From positions 248,001-312,000 of the forward strand of contig NZ_BAABFP010000005.1 in NCBI RefSeq assembly GCF_039541115.1: a stretch of DNA of 64,000 bases, given 5' to 3'. The notes under the pieces are model-generated. The model made no database searches, was not told the DNA's origin, and saw nothing but the letters and a program-made list of their open reading frames with translations. Every line of letters begins with the position of its first letter. Within the stretch, counting starts at the first letter, position 1. A program made the translations under genes and the position numbers. The stretch is from Angustibacter luteus. Its GTDB lineage: Bacteria > Actinomycetota > Actinomycetes > Actinomycetales > Angustibacteraceae. This document shows, piece after piece, positions 29,351-38,620 of the stretch.

Positions 29351-31512
29351 GACGGGGGCCGCACGCACCGCAGGACGACGACGCTGCGGGACTGCACGAG
29401 CAGCTCGCTGTAGGGCTCGTGGCCCTCGGTGCGGGGCGCGCCCTTGCTGTCCGGCAGGTGCCCGCGCAGGGACGGGTCGGCCGTGTCCAGCTCGGCCTGC
29501 CAGAGCTCGCCGTACTCCGGCCCGGGCAGCGTGAAGTCCATCGGCTCGTGGTGCCCGTTGATGACGAGCAGGAACGAGTCGTCCACGATCGGGGCGCCGC
29601 GCCGGTCCGGCTCGGGGATGGCCGAGCCGTTCCAGAAGACGGTGAGGGACTTGGCGTAGCCGTTGCGCCAGTGCTCGTCGCCCATGTGCTCGCCGGTCGG
29701 GGTGAACCAGGCGATGTCGCCCAGCTCGCTCTCGCCGCCGTGGTCGGCGCTGCCGGCGAAGAACCGCCGACGCCGGAACACCGGGTGCTCGGTGCGCAGC
29801 CGCACCAGGCGGCGGGTGAACTCGAGCAGCTCGAGCTGGGAGTCGTCCAGGTCCCAGTCCACCCAGGCGGTCTCGTTGTCCTGGCAGTAGACGTTGTTGT
29901 TCCCGCCCTGGGTCCGGCCAAGCTCGTCGCCGTGCGCGATCATCGGCACGCCCTGCGAGAGCAGCAGGGTGGCCAGCAGGTTGCGCTGCTGGCGCAGCCG
30001 CAGCGCCTTGATCTCGCGGTCGTCGGTCTCGCCCTCGATCCCGCAGTTCCAGGAGCGGTTGTGGCTCTCGCCGTCGTTGCCGTCCTCGCCGTTGGCCTCG
30101 TTGTGCTTGTCGTTGTACGAGACCAGGTCGCGCAGCGTGAAGCCGTCGTGCGCGGTGACGAAGTTGATGGACGCGATGGGCTTGCGGCCGGAGTGCTCGT
30201 ACAGGTCGCTCGAGCCGGTCAGCCGGGACGCGAACTCACCCAGGGTCGAGGCCTCGCCACGCCAGAAGTCGCGCACGGTGTCGCGGTACTTGCCGTTCCA
30301 CTCCGTCCACAGCGGCGGGAAGTTGCCGACCTGGTAGCCGCCGTCGCCGACGTCCCACGGCTCGGCGATCAGCTTGACCTGGCTGACCACCGGGTCCTGC
30401 TGCACCAGGTCGAAGAACGCGGACAGCCGGTCGACCTCGTGGAACTGGCGGGCCAGCGACGACGCGAGGTCGAACCGGAACCCGTCGACGTGCATCTCGG
30501 TCACCCAGTAGCGCAGCGAGTCCATGATCAGCTGCAGCACGTGCGGGTGCCGCATCAGGAGGCTGTTCCCGGTGCCGGTGGTGTCGTAGTAGTGCGCGAG
30601 GTCCTTGTCGACCAGCCGGTAGTACGCGTTGTTGTCGATCCCGCGGAATGCCAGCGTCGGGCCCATCTGGTTGCCCTCGGCGGTGTGGTTGTAGACGACG
30701 TCCAGGATGACCTCGATGTCGGCCTCGTGCAGCGCCTTCACCATCGCCTTGAACTCGGTCACCTGCTGGCCGCGGGTGCCGTAGGCCGCGTACGCGTTGT
30801 GCGGCGCCAGGAAGCCGATGGTGTTGTAGCCCCAGTAGTTGGACAGCCCCTGGCTGAGCAGGTGCGAGTCCTGCACGTACTGGTGCACCGGCATCAGCTC
30901 GAGGGCGGTGACGCCGAGGTCGGCCAGGTGCTCGATCACGGCCGGGTGCGCGATGCCTGCGTAGGTGCCGCGGATCTCCTTCGGCACGTCCGGGTGCAGC
31001 TGGGTCAGGCCCTTCACGTGCGCCTCGTAGATCACGCTCTCGTGGTACTCGTGCCCCGGCGCGCGGTCCTGCCCCCAGTCGAAGAACGGGTTGGTGACGA
31101 CGGACAGCATCGTGTGCCCGAGCGAGTCCATCGAGTTCTTGGGGGCGTCGCCGTTGGCGTCGGCGTCCTTGAACTTGTACGAGAAGAGGGACTCGTCGCC
31201 GTCGATCTGGCCGTCGATGGCCTTCGCGTAGGGGTCGAGCAGCAGCTTCGCGGGGTTGCACCGGTGGCCGCTCTTCGGGTCGTACGGGCCGTGCACGCGA
31301 AAGCCGTAGCGCTGGCCGGGCTGGATCCCGGGGACGAACGCGTGCCAGACGAAGCCGTCCAGCTCGGGCATGTCGACGCGCGTCTCCTGGCCGGCGTCGT
31401 CGATCAGGCACAGCTCGACGCGCTCAGCGACCTCGGAGAACAGGGCGAAGTTCACTCCGGTGCCGTCGAACGTCGCGCCGAGGGGGTAGGGCTTACCGGG
31501 CCAGGTCTGCAT
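29347..31512 (-). CDS. glgX: Glycogen debranching enzyme (isoamylase GlgX/TreX)
   Basis: PYPLGAT, NYWGY, DVVYNHTAEG, DGFRFDLA, IAEPWD and HDGFTL motifs. Confidence 0.96.
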   Translation of the reverse strand: MQTWPGKPYPLGATFDGTGVNFALFSEVAERVELCLIDDAGQETRVDMPELDGFVWHAFVPGIQPGQRYGFRVHGPYDPKSGHRCNPAKLLLDPYAKAIDGQIDGDESLFSYKFKDADANGDAPKNSMDSLGHTMLSVVTNPFFDWGQDRAPGHEYHESVIYEAHVKGLTQLHPDVPKEIRGTYAGIAHPAVIEHLADLGVTALELMPVHQYVQDSHLLSQGLSNYWGYNTIGFLAPHNAYAAYGTRGQQVTEFKAMVKALHEADIEVILDVVYNHTAEGNQMGPTLAFRGIDNNAYYRLVDKDLAHYYDTTGTGNSLLMRHPHVLQLIMDSLRYWVTEMHVDGFRFDLASSLARQFHEVDRLSAFFDLVQQDPVVSQVKLIAEPWDVGDGGYQVGNFPPLWTEWNGKYRDTVRDFWRGEASTLGEFASRLTGSSDLYEHSGRKPIASINFVTAHDGFTLRDLVSYNDKHNEANGEDGNDGESHNRSWNCGIEGETDDREIKALRLRQQRNLLATLLLSQGVPMIAHGDELGRTQGGNNNVYCQDNETAWVDWDLDDSQLELLEFTRRLVRLRTEHPVFRRRRFFAGSADHGGESELGDIAWFTPTGEHMGDEHWRNGYAKSLTVFWNGSAIPEPDRRGAPIVDDSFLLVINGHHEPMDFTLPGPEYGELWQAELDTADPSLRGHLPDSKGAPRTEGHEPYSELLVQSRSVVVLRCVRPPS

Positions 31513-31731
31513 CACGATCTTTCTGCGGGAGGGCAGGAACACGACGTCGGCGTCGTAGCGGCCACCGCCGCGGGAAACGGCTTGGGGGCGCGCACCGATT
31601 GTGCCGGACGTCGGGCCTCCCCGCGCCCGGCGACCCGCAACTGAGCGCTGGAGGTGACCGGACTGACACCGTACGGCGCGATCGAGCCGTGTCGCAGCGG
31701 CTCCGCGAAGTCACCCGGTTACCGTGGGTGC

Positions 31732-32886
31732 GTGAGCAGCGCGTCGTCCATCGCCGCGGGTGTGCGATCCCGCGTGGGCGCCGTCCGCCGCTCACCGGCG
31801 GCCCTGGGGCTGTGGTCCCTGACCCGCGAGACGGTCTCGGTCTGCATGCGGTACCGGGTTACCGGCCTCGCGGCGGAGGCCGGCTTCTTCGCGCTGCTGT
31901 CGCTGCCGCCGCTGATCCTGGGGCTGCTGGGTGGGGTCGGCTACCTCGGCAACGCGCTCGGCCCGGACACGGTGACGCAGGTCAGCGACCAGATGGAGAC
32001 GTACGCGCAGCGCATCTTCACCGCCCAGACCGTGTCCAGCCAGATCACCCCGACCATCGAGGACGTGCTGAACCGCGGTCGGCTGGACATCATCTCGATC
32101 GCCTTCGCCCTGTCCCTGTGGTCGGGCTCACGGGTGCTGAACGTCTTCATCGACACCATCTCGATCATGTACGGCCAGGGTGGGCGCCGCGGGATCATCC
32201 GGACCCGCGCGCTGTCCTTCTCGCTGTACACCGGGGCGGTGCTGATCGGCGCGATCCTGTTGCCGCTGGTGCTGCTGGGGCCCTCGTTGCTCAGCGAGAT
32301 GCTCCCGCCGAACGTCGACTTCCTGCTCAAGCTGTACTGGCCCGTGATGACGCTGGCGACGGTGGCCAGCATCGCCACGCTCTACCACCTGGCCACCCCG
32401 CACCGGACGTCCTGGCGGCGCGACGTGCCCGGCGCCGTGCTCGCCCTGGTCATCTGGGTGGGCGCCTCGATCATGGTCCGCAAGGTGATCGGTGCCTCGG
32501 TCGGCGGGACGTCGATCTACGGGCCGCTGGCGGCCACCATCATCGTGCTGATCTGGCTCTACTTCCTGGCCATCGCCGTGCTGATCGGGGCCGCCCTGAA
32601 CGCGGCCAGCCGCGAGCTGTGGCCGATCAAGGGGGAGTCGAAGTCCCCGCTCGCCAAGCTGGAGCGGCGCCGGCACCCGCTGACCCCGATCCGGGAGCCG
32701 GACGACGCGATGCCGGGCACGCACGGGCTGATGGACCTGAGCCGCGAGGACCTGGCCGACCACATCCAGGCCACCGACCCGCCCGGGCCGCCCGGGCCGA
32801 TCGAGGACGACGAGGACGACGGGCAGGCGGACGACGGGCACCGGGACGCGGATAACCAGGTGACGAGGCCGGGGCAGTCTGCCTAA
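31732..32886 (+). CDS. YihY/BrkB family membrane protein
   Basis: LAAE.GFF.LLS.PP, PGAVLA and IYG.L...I..L.WLY motifs. GTG lies 6 nt after TACCGT. Confidence 0.87.
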   Translation: MSSASSIAAGVRSRVGAVRRSPAALGLWSLTRETVSVCMRYRVTGLAAEAGFFALLSLPPLILGLLGGVGYLGNALGPDTVTQVSDQMETYAQRIFTAQTVSSQITPTIEDVLNRGRLDIISIAFALSLWSGSRVLNVFIDTISIMYGQGGRRGIIRTRALSFSLYTGAVLIGAILLPLVLLGPSLLSEMLPPNVDFLLKLYWPVMTLATVASIATLYHLATPHRTSWRRDVPGAVLALVIWVGASIMVRKVIGASVGGTSIYGPLAATIIVLIWLYFLAIAVLIGAALNAASRELWPIKGESKSPLAKLERRRHPLTPIREPDDAMPGTHGLMDLSREDLADHIQATDPPGPPGPIEDDEDDGQADDGHRDADNQVTRPGQSA

Positions 32887-32945
32887 CCTCGTGACGTCGG
32901 GCCGTCGGGGCCCGAGATGGTCGACGACGCGGAGGTGAGGTCTCG

Positions 32946-33008
32946 ATGAGCTCCGAGTACCTGCACGCCATCGCCTCGGCCCGATCCGGGGCGCTCCTTC
33001 ACCGCTGA
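32946..33008 (+). CDS. Candidate 20-aa leader peptide (MSSEYLHAIASARSGALLHR) upstream of rsgA
   Basis: Strong SD GGAGGTGA at 32931-32938, ATG 32946, TGA 33006-33008, followed by a hairpin. Confidence 0.5.
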   Translation: MSSEYLHAIASARSGALLHR

Positions 33009-33062
33009 GCCCGTGCTCGTCGCCCGACGAGCGCCGCTCGGCACCTTCGAAAGGCCCTCGAC

Positions 33063-34196
33063 ATGTCGCACGACCCCCTCGCGTCCGGTCCTCAGCTCGG
33101 GGACGCGGACCAGCTCGTCCAGCTCGGCTTCGACAGCGCCTGGAGCGCGTCGTTCGACGCCACCGACACCATCACCGTCCCGGGAGCCCCGGCCTTCCCC
33201 GCCCGGGTCACCCGCACCGACCGCGGCGCCTGCGACACCCTCGGCGCGGCCGGACCCGTCCGCGCGACCTGGGGGGCGGACGTCGTCGCCGCCGTCGCGG
33301 ACGACCCGCAGGCCGTCCCGAGCACGGGGGACTGGGTGCGGCTGCAGACCTGGCCGGACGGCAACCACACCATCGAGGCCGTGCTGCCCCGGCGGACCAG
33401 CGTGGTCCGGGCCCAGGTCGGCGGGACGTCGTCCGGGCAGGTGCTCGCCGCCAACGTCGACACGGTGGCCGTCGTCGAGGCGCTCTACCCGGACCCGGAC
33501 CTCGGCCGGATCGAGCGCTTCATGGCCCTGGCCTGGGAGAGCGGCGCGCAGCCCCGGCTCGTCCTGACCAAGGGCGACCTGGGCTCGGACGCCGCCGAGC
33601 TGGCCGCCGAGATCGGCGCGCAGGTCGCGGCCGGCTGCCCGGTCGACGTCACGGTCGCCCAGGACGGTGAGGGGCTCGAGGGGTTGCGGGCGCTGCTGGC
33701 CGACGGGGCCACGGTGGCGCTGCTGGGCGCGTCCGGGGTGGGCAAGTCCACGCTGCTGAACGCCCTGCTCGGGCGCGAGGCGATGCGCACCCAGGCCCTC
33801 GGTGCCGTCCAGAAGGGTCGGCACACGACCGTCACCCGCGAGCTGCACCTCGGGCCTGACGGCGGGGCGGTCATCGACACCCCGGGCCTGCGGTCCGTGG
33901 GGCTGCAGGGCACCGACGGGCTGGCCGAGGTCTTCGCGGACGTCGACGAGCTGGCCCAGGAGTGCCGGTTCCACGACTGCGCGCACGACACCGAGCCCGG
34001 TTGCGCCGTCCGGGCCGCCATCGAGTCCGGTGACCTCGCCGAGCGCCGGCTGGTGAGCTGGCAGAAGCTGCAGCGCGAGGCGGCCTACCAGGCTCGACGG
34101 GTCGACGCGCGTCTGCGGCAGGCCGAGCTCGCCGTCTGGAAGCAGCGCACGATGGAGTACCGCCGGTCGGTCAAGGACGGCCACCGGCCCCGGTAG
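33063..34196 (+). CDS. rsgA: Ribosome small subunit-dependent GTPase A (circularly permuted GTPase)
   Basis: AANVD, LTKGDL (G4), GASGVGKS (G1), GRHTT (G2), IDTPG (G3) and CRFHDCAH..EPGC zinc finger. Confidence 0.93.
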   Translation: MSHDPLASGPQLGDADQLVQLGFDSAWSASFDATDTITVPGAPAFPARVTRTDRGACDTLGAAGPVRATWGADVVAAVADDPQAVPSTGDWVRLQTWPDGNHTIEAVLPRRTSVVRAQVGGTSSGQVLAANVDTVAVVEALYPDPDLGRIERFMALAWESGAQPRLVLTKGDLGSDAAELAAEIGAQVAAGCPVDVTVAQDGEGLEGLRALLADGATVALLGASGVGKSTLLNALLGREAMRTQALGAVQKGRHTTVTRELHLGPDGGAVIDTPGLRSVGLQGTDGLAEVFADVDELAQECRFHDCAHDTEPGCAVRAAIESGDLAERRLVSWQKLQREAAYQARRVDARLRQAELAVWKQRTMEYRRSVKDGHRPR

Positions 34197-34281
34197 ACGC
34201 GGCCGATGGGGGATCCGGTTTGGTTCTGGTGCGCGGCATCGGATACTGTTTCTCAGGCGTCGGGTGAGCAACCTGGTGCAT

Positions 34282-34354
34282 GCGGACGTGGCTCAGTTGG
34301 TAGAGCATCACCTTGCCAAGGTGAGGGTCGCGGGTTCGAATCCCGTCGTCCGCT
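34282..34354 (+). tRNA. tRNA-Gly (GCC)
   Basis: Cloverleaf GCGGACG...CGTCCGC-T, anticodon loop TTGCCAA, GTTCGAATC. Confidence 0.96.
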
Positions 34355-34397
34355 CGGAGGCTCTCGCCTCGTGGAGCCCGCTTGCGGGCTCTGGCAC

Positions 34398-34468
34398 GGT
34401 GGAGTGGCCGAGAGGCGAGGCAACGGCCTGCAAAGCCGTGTACACGGGTTCGAATCCCGTCTCCACCT
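34398..34468 (+). tRNA. tRNA-Cys (GCA)
   Basis: GGTGGAG...CTCCACC-T, anticodon loop CTGCAAA, GTTCGAATC. Confidence 0.96.
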
Positions 34469-34469
34469 C

Positions 34470-34544
34470 GGGCGATTGGCGCAGTGGTAGCGCGCTTCCT
34501 TGACACGGAAGAGGTCACTGGTTCGAACCCAGTATCGCCCACCA
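34470..34544 (+). tRNA. tRNA-Val (GAC), CCA encoded
   Basis: GGGCGAT...ATCGCCC-A-CCA, anticodon loop TTGACAC. Confidence 0.96.
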
Positions 34545-34560
34545 AGCACACCTCAGGTCA

Positions 34561-34592
34561 GAGGCCCGACCCCCACCAGGGGACCGGGCCTC
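34561..34592. terminator. Hairpin after the tRNA operon
   Basis: GAGGCCCG...CCCC acca GGGG...CGGGCCTC. Confidence 0.55.
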
Positions 34593-34623
34593 ATCGCATC
34601 TTCCGACGCCGACGCTCGATGGA

Positions 34624-36666
34624 CTACCCGGCGAGGACGACGGTGAAGCCGGACGGCGGGACCGTCGCCTCCACCCGGCCCCGGTGACCGGACGCGGTGC
34701 CGACGAGGCGGCCCTGCCGGTCGTACGCGTACGCGGTGACCCGGCCGCTGCCGACGCTCACGAGCTTGTGCCGAGTCGTGGGCGAGAAGCTGCGCAGCAG
34801 CGCGGTTCCGTGTGCGCCCGACCCGCCGAGGACGACCCACTCGAGCTCCGGCTGCAGGAGCGCGCCGTCGACGCGGGCCGGCCGTCCGTCGCCGACGTAG
34901 GTCACGGTGAGCCGGTTGGCGCCGGCGCCGACCACTGCCGCGGTCGGTTGCGACCCGACGTCCAGGAAGCCCGGGGCGGTGCTCACGCCCTGGGCGCCCG
35001 CGCCGCCCTGGTACTGGACGCCGGCCGGGACCCGACCGAGGGCGAGCCGCGTTCCGACCGAGCGCAGCGGCGCGATCTGCCGGTCGAAGACCGGCATCAC
35101 GACGTAGCGGTCCCTGGTCGGCAGCTGGACCGGGATGCTCACCTGACCCCTTGGGCCCAGCGAGACGTAGTGGTCGCCGCTCCACTGCGACTCGCCCGTC
35201 CACGACTCCGTGGGCCTGACGACAGCGGCGTCGCCCGCCAGCTGCCCGGACTCCGCCTCGGCGTACGACCAGCTCACGCGGTCGCTCACGTCAGCGGTGC
35301 GTGCCAGCGCGGCGACGTCCGGCGCGGCGTCCAGGGCCAGCATCGACAACACGCCGTGGATGGTCGACTCGGCCCCGGAGTTCAGGTTGATGTCGCCGTC
35401 CGGGCTGATCCCGTCGTTCGTGATCCCGGTGGCCGGGTCGTACATGGGTGCGTGGGCCGGGTTGTTCCCGAAGTACCAGCTGCCGGCGACACCGGCGAGC
35501 TGCCGGAACGACGTGCGGTGGGTGGCGCCCGCGGTGCTCAGCAGGTTGCGCAGCGTCACGTCCGCGCCGTAGGCGATCTGGTCCCGGTAGATGGGGGCCG
35601 GCAGCCACTCGTTGTCGGGCCCGCCCTGGACCAGCAGGTGGGGGGTGAACTGGGCCGTCTCGCCGACCGCCGTCCGGGTCCACTCGCCGCGGCCCAACGC
35701 GGATCCGGCGGCGGCCAGCGCACCGGCCATCTCGCTGCCCCACGGGTGCCACAAGGATCGGGAGCCGGTCCACGGCAGCAGCGCCCCGTAGGGCCACCCG
35801 GGTGTCGTCATCGCGGCGACACCGGTGGCCAGCTGGGACAGGTCACGTCGGGCCCGCGGGTCACCGCTGGCGCGGTAGTAGGCGACCAGGCCCAGCATGG
35901 CTTCCGACGAGCTGTCGGCGCCTCCCGCGATGAGCCACGAGGGCCAGCGCAGGCCGTCCACGACCTGCCACGTCCCGTAGGTCGTGAGGTCCTGCCGCTC
36001 GACGGCGTCCAGCGCGAGCATGAGCCGGTCGTGCAGGAAGTGGGCGAACGCCGGGTCCGCCGTCTTGAACGCGGCGTAGCCGGTGCCCAGGGCCCAGATG
36101 GTGCGCCCCAACCAGAAGGACGAGTCGGAGTCGGAGGGGTCAGGTTCCTCGGCGGGCTTCGCACTGGGGTTCAGGGTGCCGTCGGGCTGCATCCACAGGA
36201 CGACGTTCCCCGCGTTCGGGCCGGACGCGTCCTGCAGGTACGTCAGCCCGCGCAACAGCTGGAAGGCGTGCTCACGCGCCCGGACGTCGCCGAGCTGCTT
36301 CCAGGCGGTCAGGTAGGCGACCGCCGCGCGACTGATGTCGTCGGCGTCGTAGGCGCCCTGTCCGTACGTGTTCGTCGCCGCGTCGTAGTCACCGCCGCCG
36401 ACCCGTAGGAAGCTGCCGTCCGCTTGGTGGTTCGCGTAGACCCACAGCACCCCGACGGCTGGTTCCTGCGCCAGGCGATAGGTCGTGTGGTCCGGCTGGG
36501 CCGGCGGCTCCACGGTGCTCGTCAGGAAGTCGAGGTGTGCGAGGTTGGTCAGCCTGGCCGGAGCCGGCGGGTTCGTCGCCTCGGCGCTCGAGCCGGCCAG
36601 CCCGGTGGCCGCCGGAACGCTGATCAGGCTCGCGGTGACGAGGGCGACCAGCCATCCTTTTCGCAT
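34624..36666 (-). CDS. Secreted hypothetical protein, probable (alpha/alpha)6 glycosidase-like barrel plus C-terminal beta-sandwich
   Basis: Signal peptide from ATG 36666 (MRKGWLVALVTASL...); YDADDISRA, WLGRTIWALG, WYFGNN and NLNSGAESTI motifs; last gene of the sugar operon. Confidence 0.65.
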   Translation of the reverse strand: MRKGWLVALVTASLISVPAATGLAGSSAEATNPPAPARLTNLAHLDFLTSTVEPPAQPDHTTYRLAQEPAVGVLWVYANHQADGSFLRVGGGDYDAATNTYGQGAYDADDISRAAVAYLTAWKQLGDVRAREHAFQLLRGLTYLQDASGPNAGNVVLWMQPDGTLNPSAKPAEEPDPSDSDSSFWLGRTIWALGTGYAAFKTADPAFAHFLHDRLMLALDAVERQDLTTYGTWQVVDGLRWPSWLIAGGADSSSEAMLGLVAYYRASGDPRARRDLSQLATGVAAMTTPGWPYGALLPWTGSRSLWHPWGSEMAGALAAAGSALGRGEWTRTAVGETAQFTPHLLVQGGPDNEWLPAPIYRDQIAYGADVTLRNLLSTAGATHRTSFRQLAGVAGSWYFGNNPAHAPMYDPATGITNDGISPDGDINLNSGAESTIHGVLSMLALDAAPDVAALARTADVSDRVSWSYAEAESGQLAGDAAVVRPTESWTGESQWSGDHYVSLGPRGQVSIPVQLPTRDRYVVMPVFDRQIAPLRSVGTRLALGRVPAGVQYQGGAGAQGVSTAPGFLDVGSQPTAAVVGAGANRLTVTYVGDGRPARVDGALLQPELEWVVLGGSGAHGTALLRSFSPTTRHKLVSVGSGRVTAYAYDRQGRLVGTASGHRGRVEATVPPSGFTVVLAG

Positions 36667-36704
36667 GGTCCTTCGCACGGGGTGCCTCCTCGGCAGCGCT
36701 GGGG

Positions 36705-37670
36705 TCAGGCCTGCAGGTCGGAGAAGCGGTCGCCGGGACGGAACGCGGCGACGCCCAGGGTGGAGTCGGACTGCCCGTAGTAGGCGAGCCAACGACCCTG
36801 GAACCAGACGAGCGCCTCGACGAAGGTCACGTTCGAGACGAGGCCGTTCAGGTCCTCGTAGGTGGTGGGTTCGATCCACGGCCGGGTCAGCTCGGCGAGG
36901 ATCTCGGTCGGCCGCTGGGGGTCGAAGAGCAGCTGGCCCGCGGTGTACCGGACGCTGCCGTCGGGGTTCTTGGTCGCGGCGTTGTGGACGAGCAGGATGA
37001 GCCCGTCGTCCGTGACCAACGGCGGTGGGCCCACCTCGACGAGGAAGTCGCTGAAGGTGCCGGGCCGCGGCGCCATGATCGGCGGCTCGTCGTCCCGGGT
37101 CACCGGGGTCCAGTGCAGGAGGTCCGGCGACGTGGCCGCCCAGATCGACCCTTCACCGAAGTACATCAGGTACGTCCCGTCGACCGGCTGAGCCAGGATG
37201 CCGCCGGCCTTGGACCAGGGGCCCGGCTCACCGTGACCGCCGGGCTGGAACGTGTCGAAGTCCGGGAACATCGGCCCGTGCTTCGTCCAGGTGCGCAGAT
37301 CGGGGGAGGTCGCCAGGCAGAGCAGCGCCGTCCGCCGGTCCCAGCCGGAGTACGTCAGGTAGTACGTGTCGCCGACCCGGGTGACCCGTGGGTCCTCGAC
37401 GCCGTAGCGGTCGTAGTCCTCGCTCGGTGACAGGACGGGGTCCGGCTCGCGGTGGAACGTGATCCCGTCGTCGCTCCAGGCCAGCCCGACGCGGGAGACG
37501 ATGTCGTCGGAGTGCGCCCGGTACAGCAGCGCCACCCGGCCGTCGACGACGACCGCGGCCGGGTTGTACACGCTGCCGGACTCCCACCCGTCGCCCTGGG
37601 GCGTCAGGATGGGGTTGCCCTCGTACGGCGTGAACGGGCCGAGCGGGAACCTGACTGGTCCGGTGTTCAT
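36705..37670 (-). CDS. GH130 family glycosidase, hydrolase-type (beta-1,2-mannosidase-like)
   Basis: NPIL.P, YNPAA, LYRA, GVEDPRV, SKAG, MYFGE, VEVGPPP and NVTFVEAL motifs. AGAGGA RBS. Confidence 0.85.
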   Translation of the reverse strand: MNTGPVRFPLGPFTPYEGNPILTPQGDGWESGSVYNPAAVVVDGRVALLYRAHSDDIVSRVGLAWSDDGITFHREPDPVLSPSEDYDRYGVEDPRVTRVGDTYYLTYSGWDRRTALLCLATSPDLRTWTKHGPMFPDFDTFQPGGHGEPGPWSKAGGILAQPVDGTYLMYFGEGSIWAATSPDLLHWTPVTRDDEPPIMAPRPGTFSDFLVEVGPPPLVTDDGLILLVHNAATKNPDGSVRYTAGQLLFDPQRPTEILAELTRPWIEPTTYEDLNGLVSNVTFVEALVWFQGRWLAYYGQSDSTLGVAAFRPGDRFSDLQA

Positions 37671-37729
37671 CGTGTCCTCTCTGGTTCGCGGAGGGAGCGC
37701 GCGCCGGCCGGGCGGCGCTCGTCGGTCGG

Positions 37730-38620
37730 TCAGCCCTTCACCGCACCGCCGACCGCACTGGCGACGAGGTACCGCTGGAGGAAGACGTAGACCAGCAGCA
37801 GGGGAGCGGCCACGATCAGGGTCGCCGCGGACAGCAGGCTCCACTGGCTCACGTAGGTGCCCTTGAAGGCGAACAGTCCCAGCGTCACCGGCGACTTGGC
37901 CTGGTCGGGCAGCAGGATGGTCGCCAGGATGATGTCGTTCCAGACGCCGATCGCCTGCAGGATGAAGACCGTCGCCAGCACCGGCTGGATCAGCGGTGGC
38001 AGGAACCGGAAGAGGTATCGCAGGTACCCCACCCCATCGAGCGCGGCGGCCTCGTCGAGCTCCCGGGGGATCGACTTGAGGTAACCGGAGATCAGCAGGG
38101 GACCCACGCCGATGCCCGAGGCCATGATCAGGACGTAGCCGAGCCGCGTGTCGTACAGGTGCATGCGCAGCGCCAGCTGGAACACCGTGACCAAGGTGTT
38201 GGGCAGGAAGAGCATGGAGACGAACAGGACGTTCCAGAGCCTCGTGTGCTTCAGGTACCCGCGGGACACCGGAAAGGCCACCATCAGCGACATCACCGTG
38301 CCCAGCGCGGCCGCGGCGAAGGTGTAGAGCACGCTGTTGAGGACGTAGGAGGCGAAGTTTCCCTGACGCCACGCGGTGCTGAAGTTCGACAGGTGCGGCG
38401 ACTTCGCGATCCCGGTGGGGTTGCTGAAGAACTCGTTGTTGCTCTTGAGCGCGGTGTTGATCAGGAAGACCAGCGGGTAGAGGTAGATCAGCACGACCAG
38501 GGCGAGCAGGGCGTAGTTCACGACCTTGCCGGAGACGGACCGACGCCCGCCTCCCGACGGCGGTCTCGGTGGCGGGGCCGGGGCGGCGGGAGTCGGGAGG
38601 GTGGTGGCCAGCTCGCTCAC
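37730..38620 (-). CDS. Carbohydrate ABC transporter permease (MalG-type)
   Basis: IPRELDEAAALDG EAA loop, WND and PLLLVYVFLQRY motifs. GTGA coupling. Confidence 0.93.
   Translation of the reverse strand: MSELATTLPTPAAPAPPPRPPSGGGRRSVSGKVVNYALLALVVLIYLYPLVFLINTALKSNNEFFSNPTGIAKSPHLSNFSTAWRQGNFASYVLNSVLYTFAAAALGTVMSLMVAFPVSRGYLKHTRLWNVLFVSMLFLPNTLVTVFQLALRMHLYDTRLGYVLIMASGIGVGPLLISGYLKSIPRELDEAAALDGVGYLRYLFRFLPPLIQPVLATVFILQAIGVWNDIILATILLPDQAKSPVTLGLFAFKGTYVSQWSLLSAATLIVAAPLLLVYVFLQRYLVASAVGGAVKG

Noticed and set aside
34171..34687. Several short ORFs over the tRNA cluster (and the start of 51873-53483)
   Set aside because: They are translations of tRNA genes.
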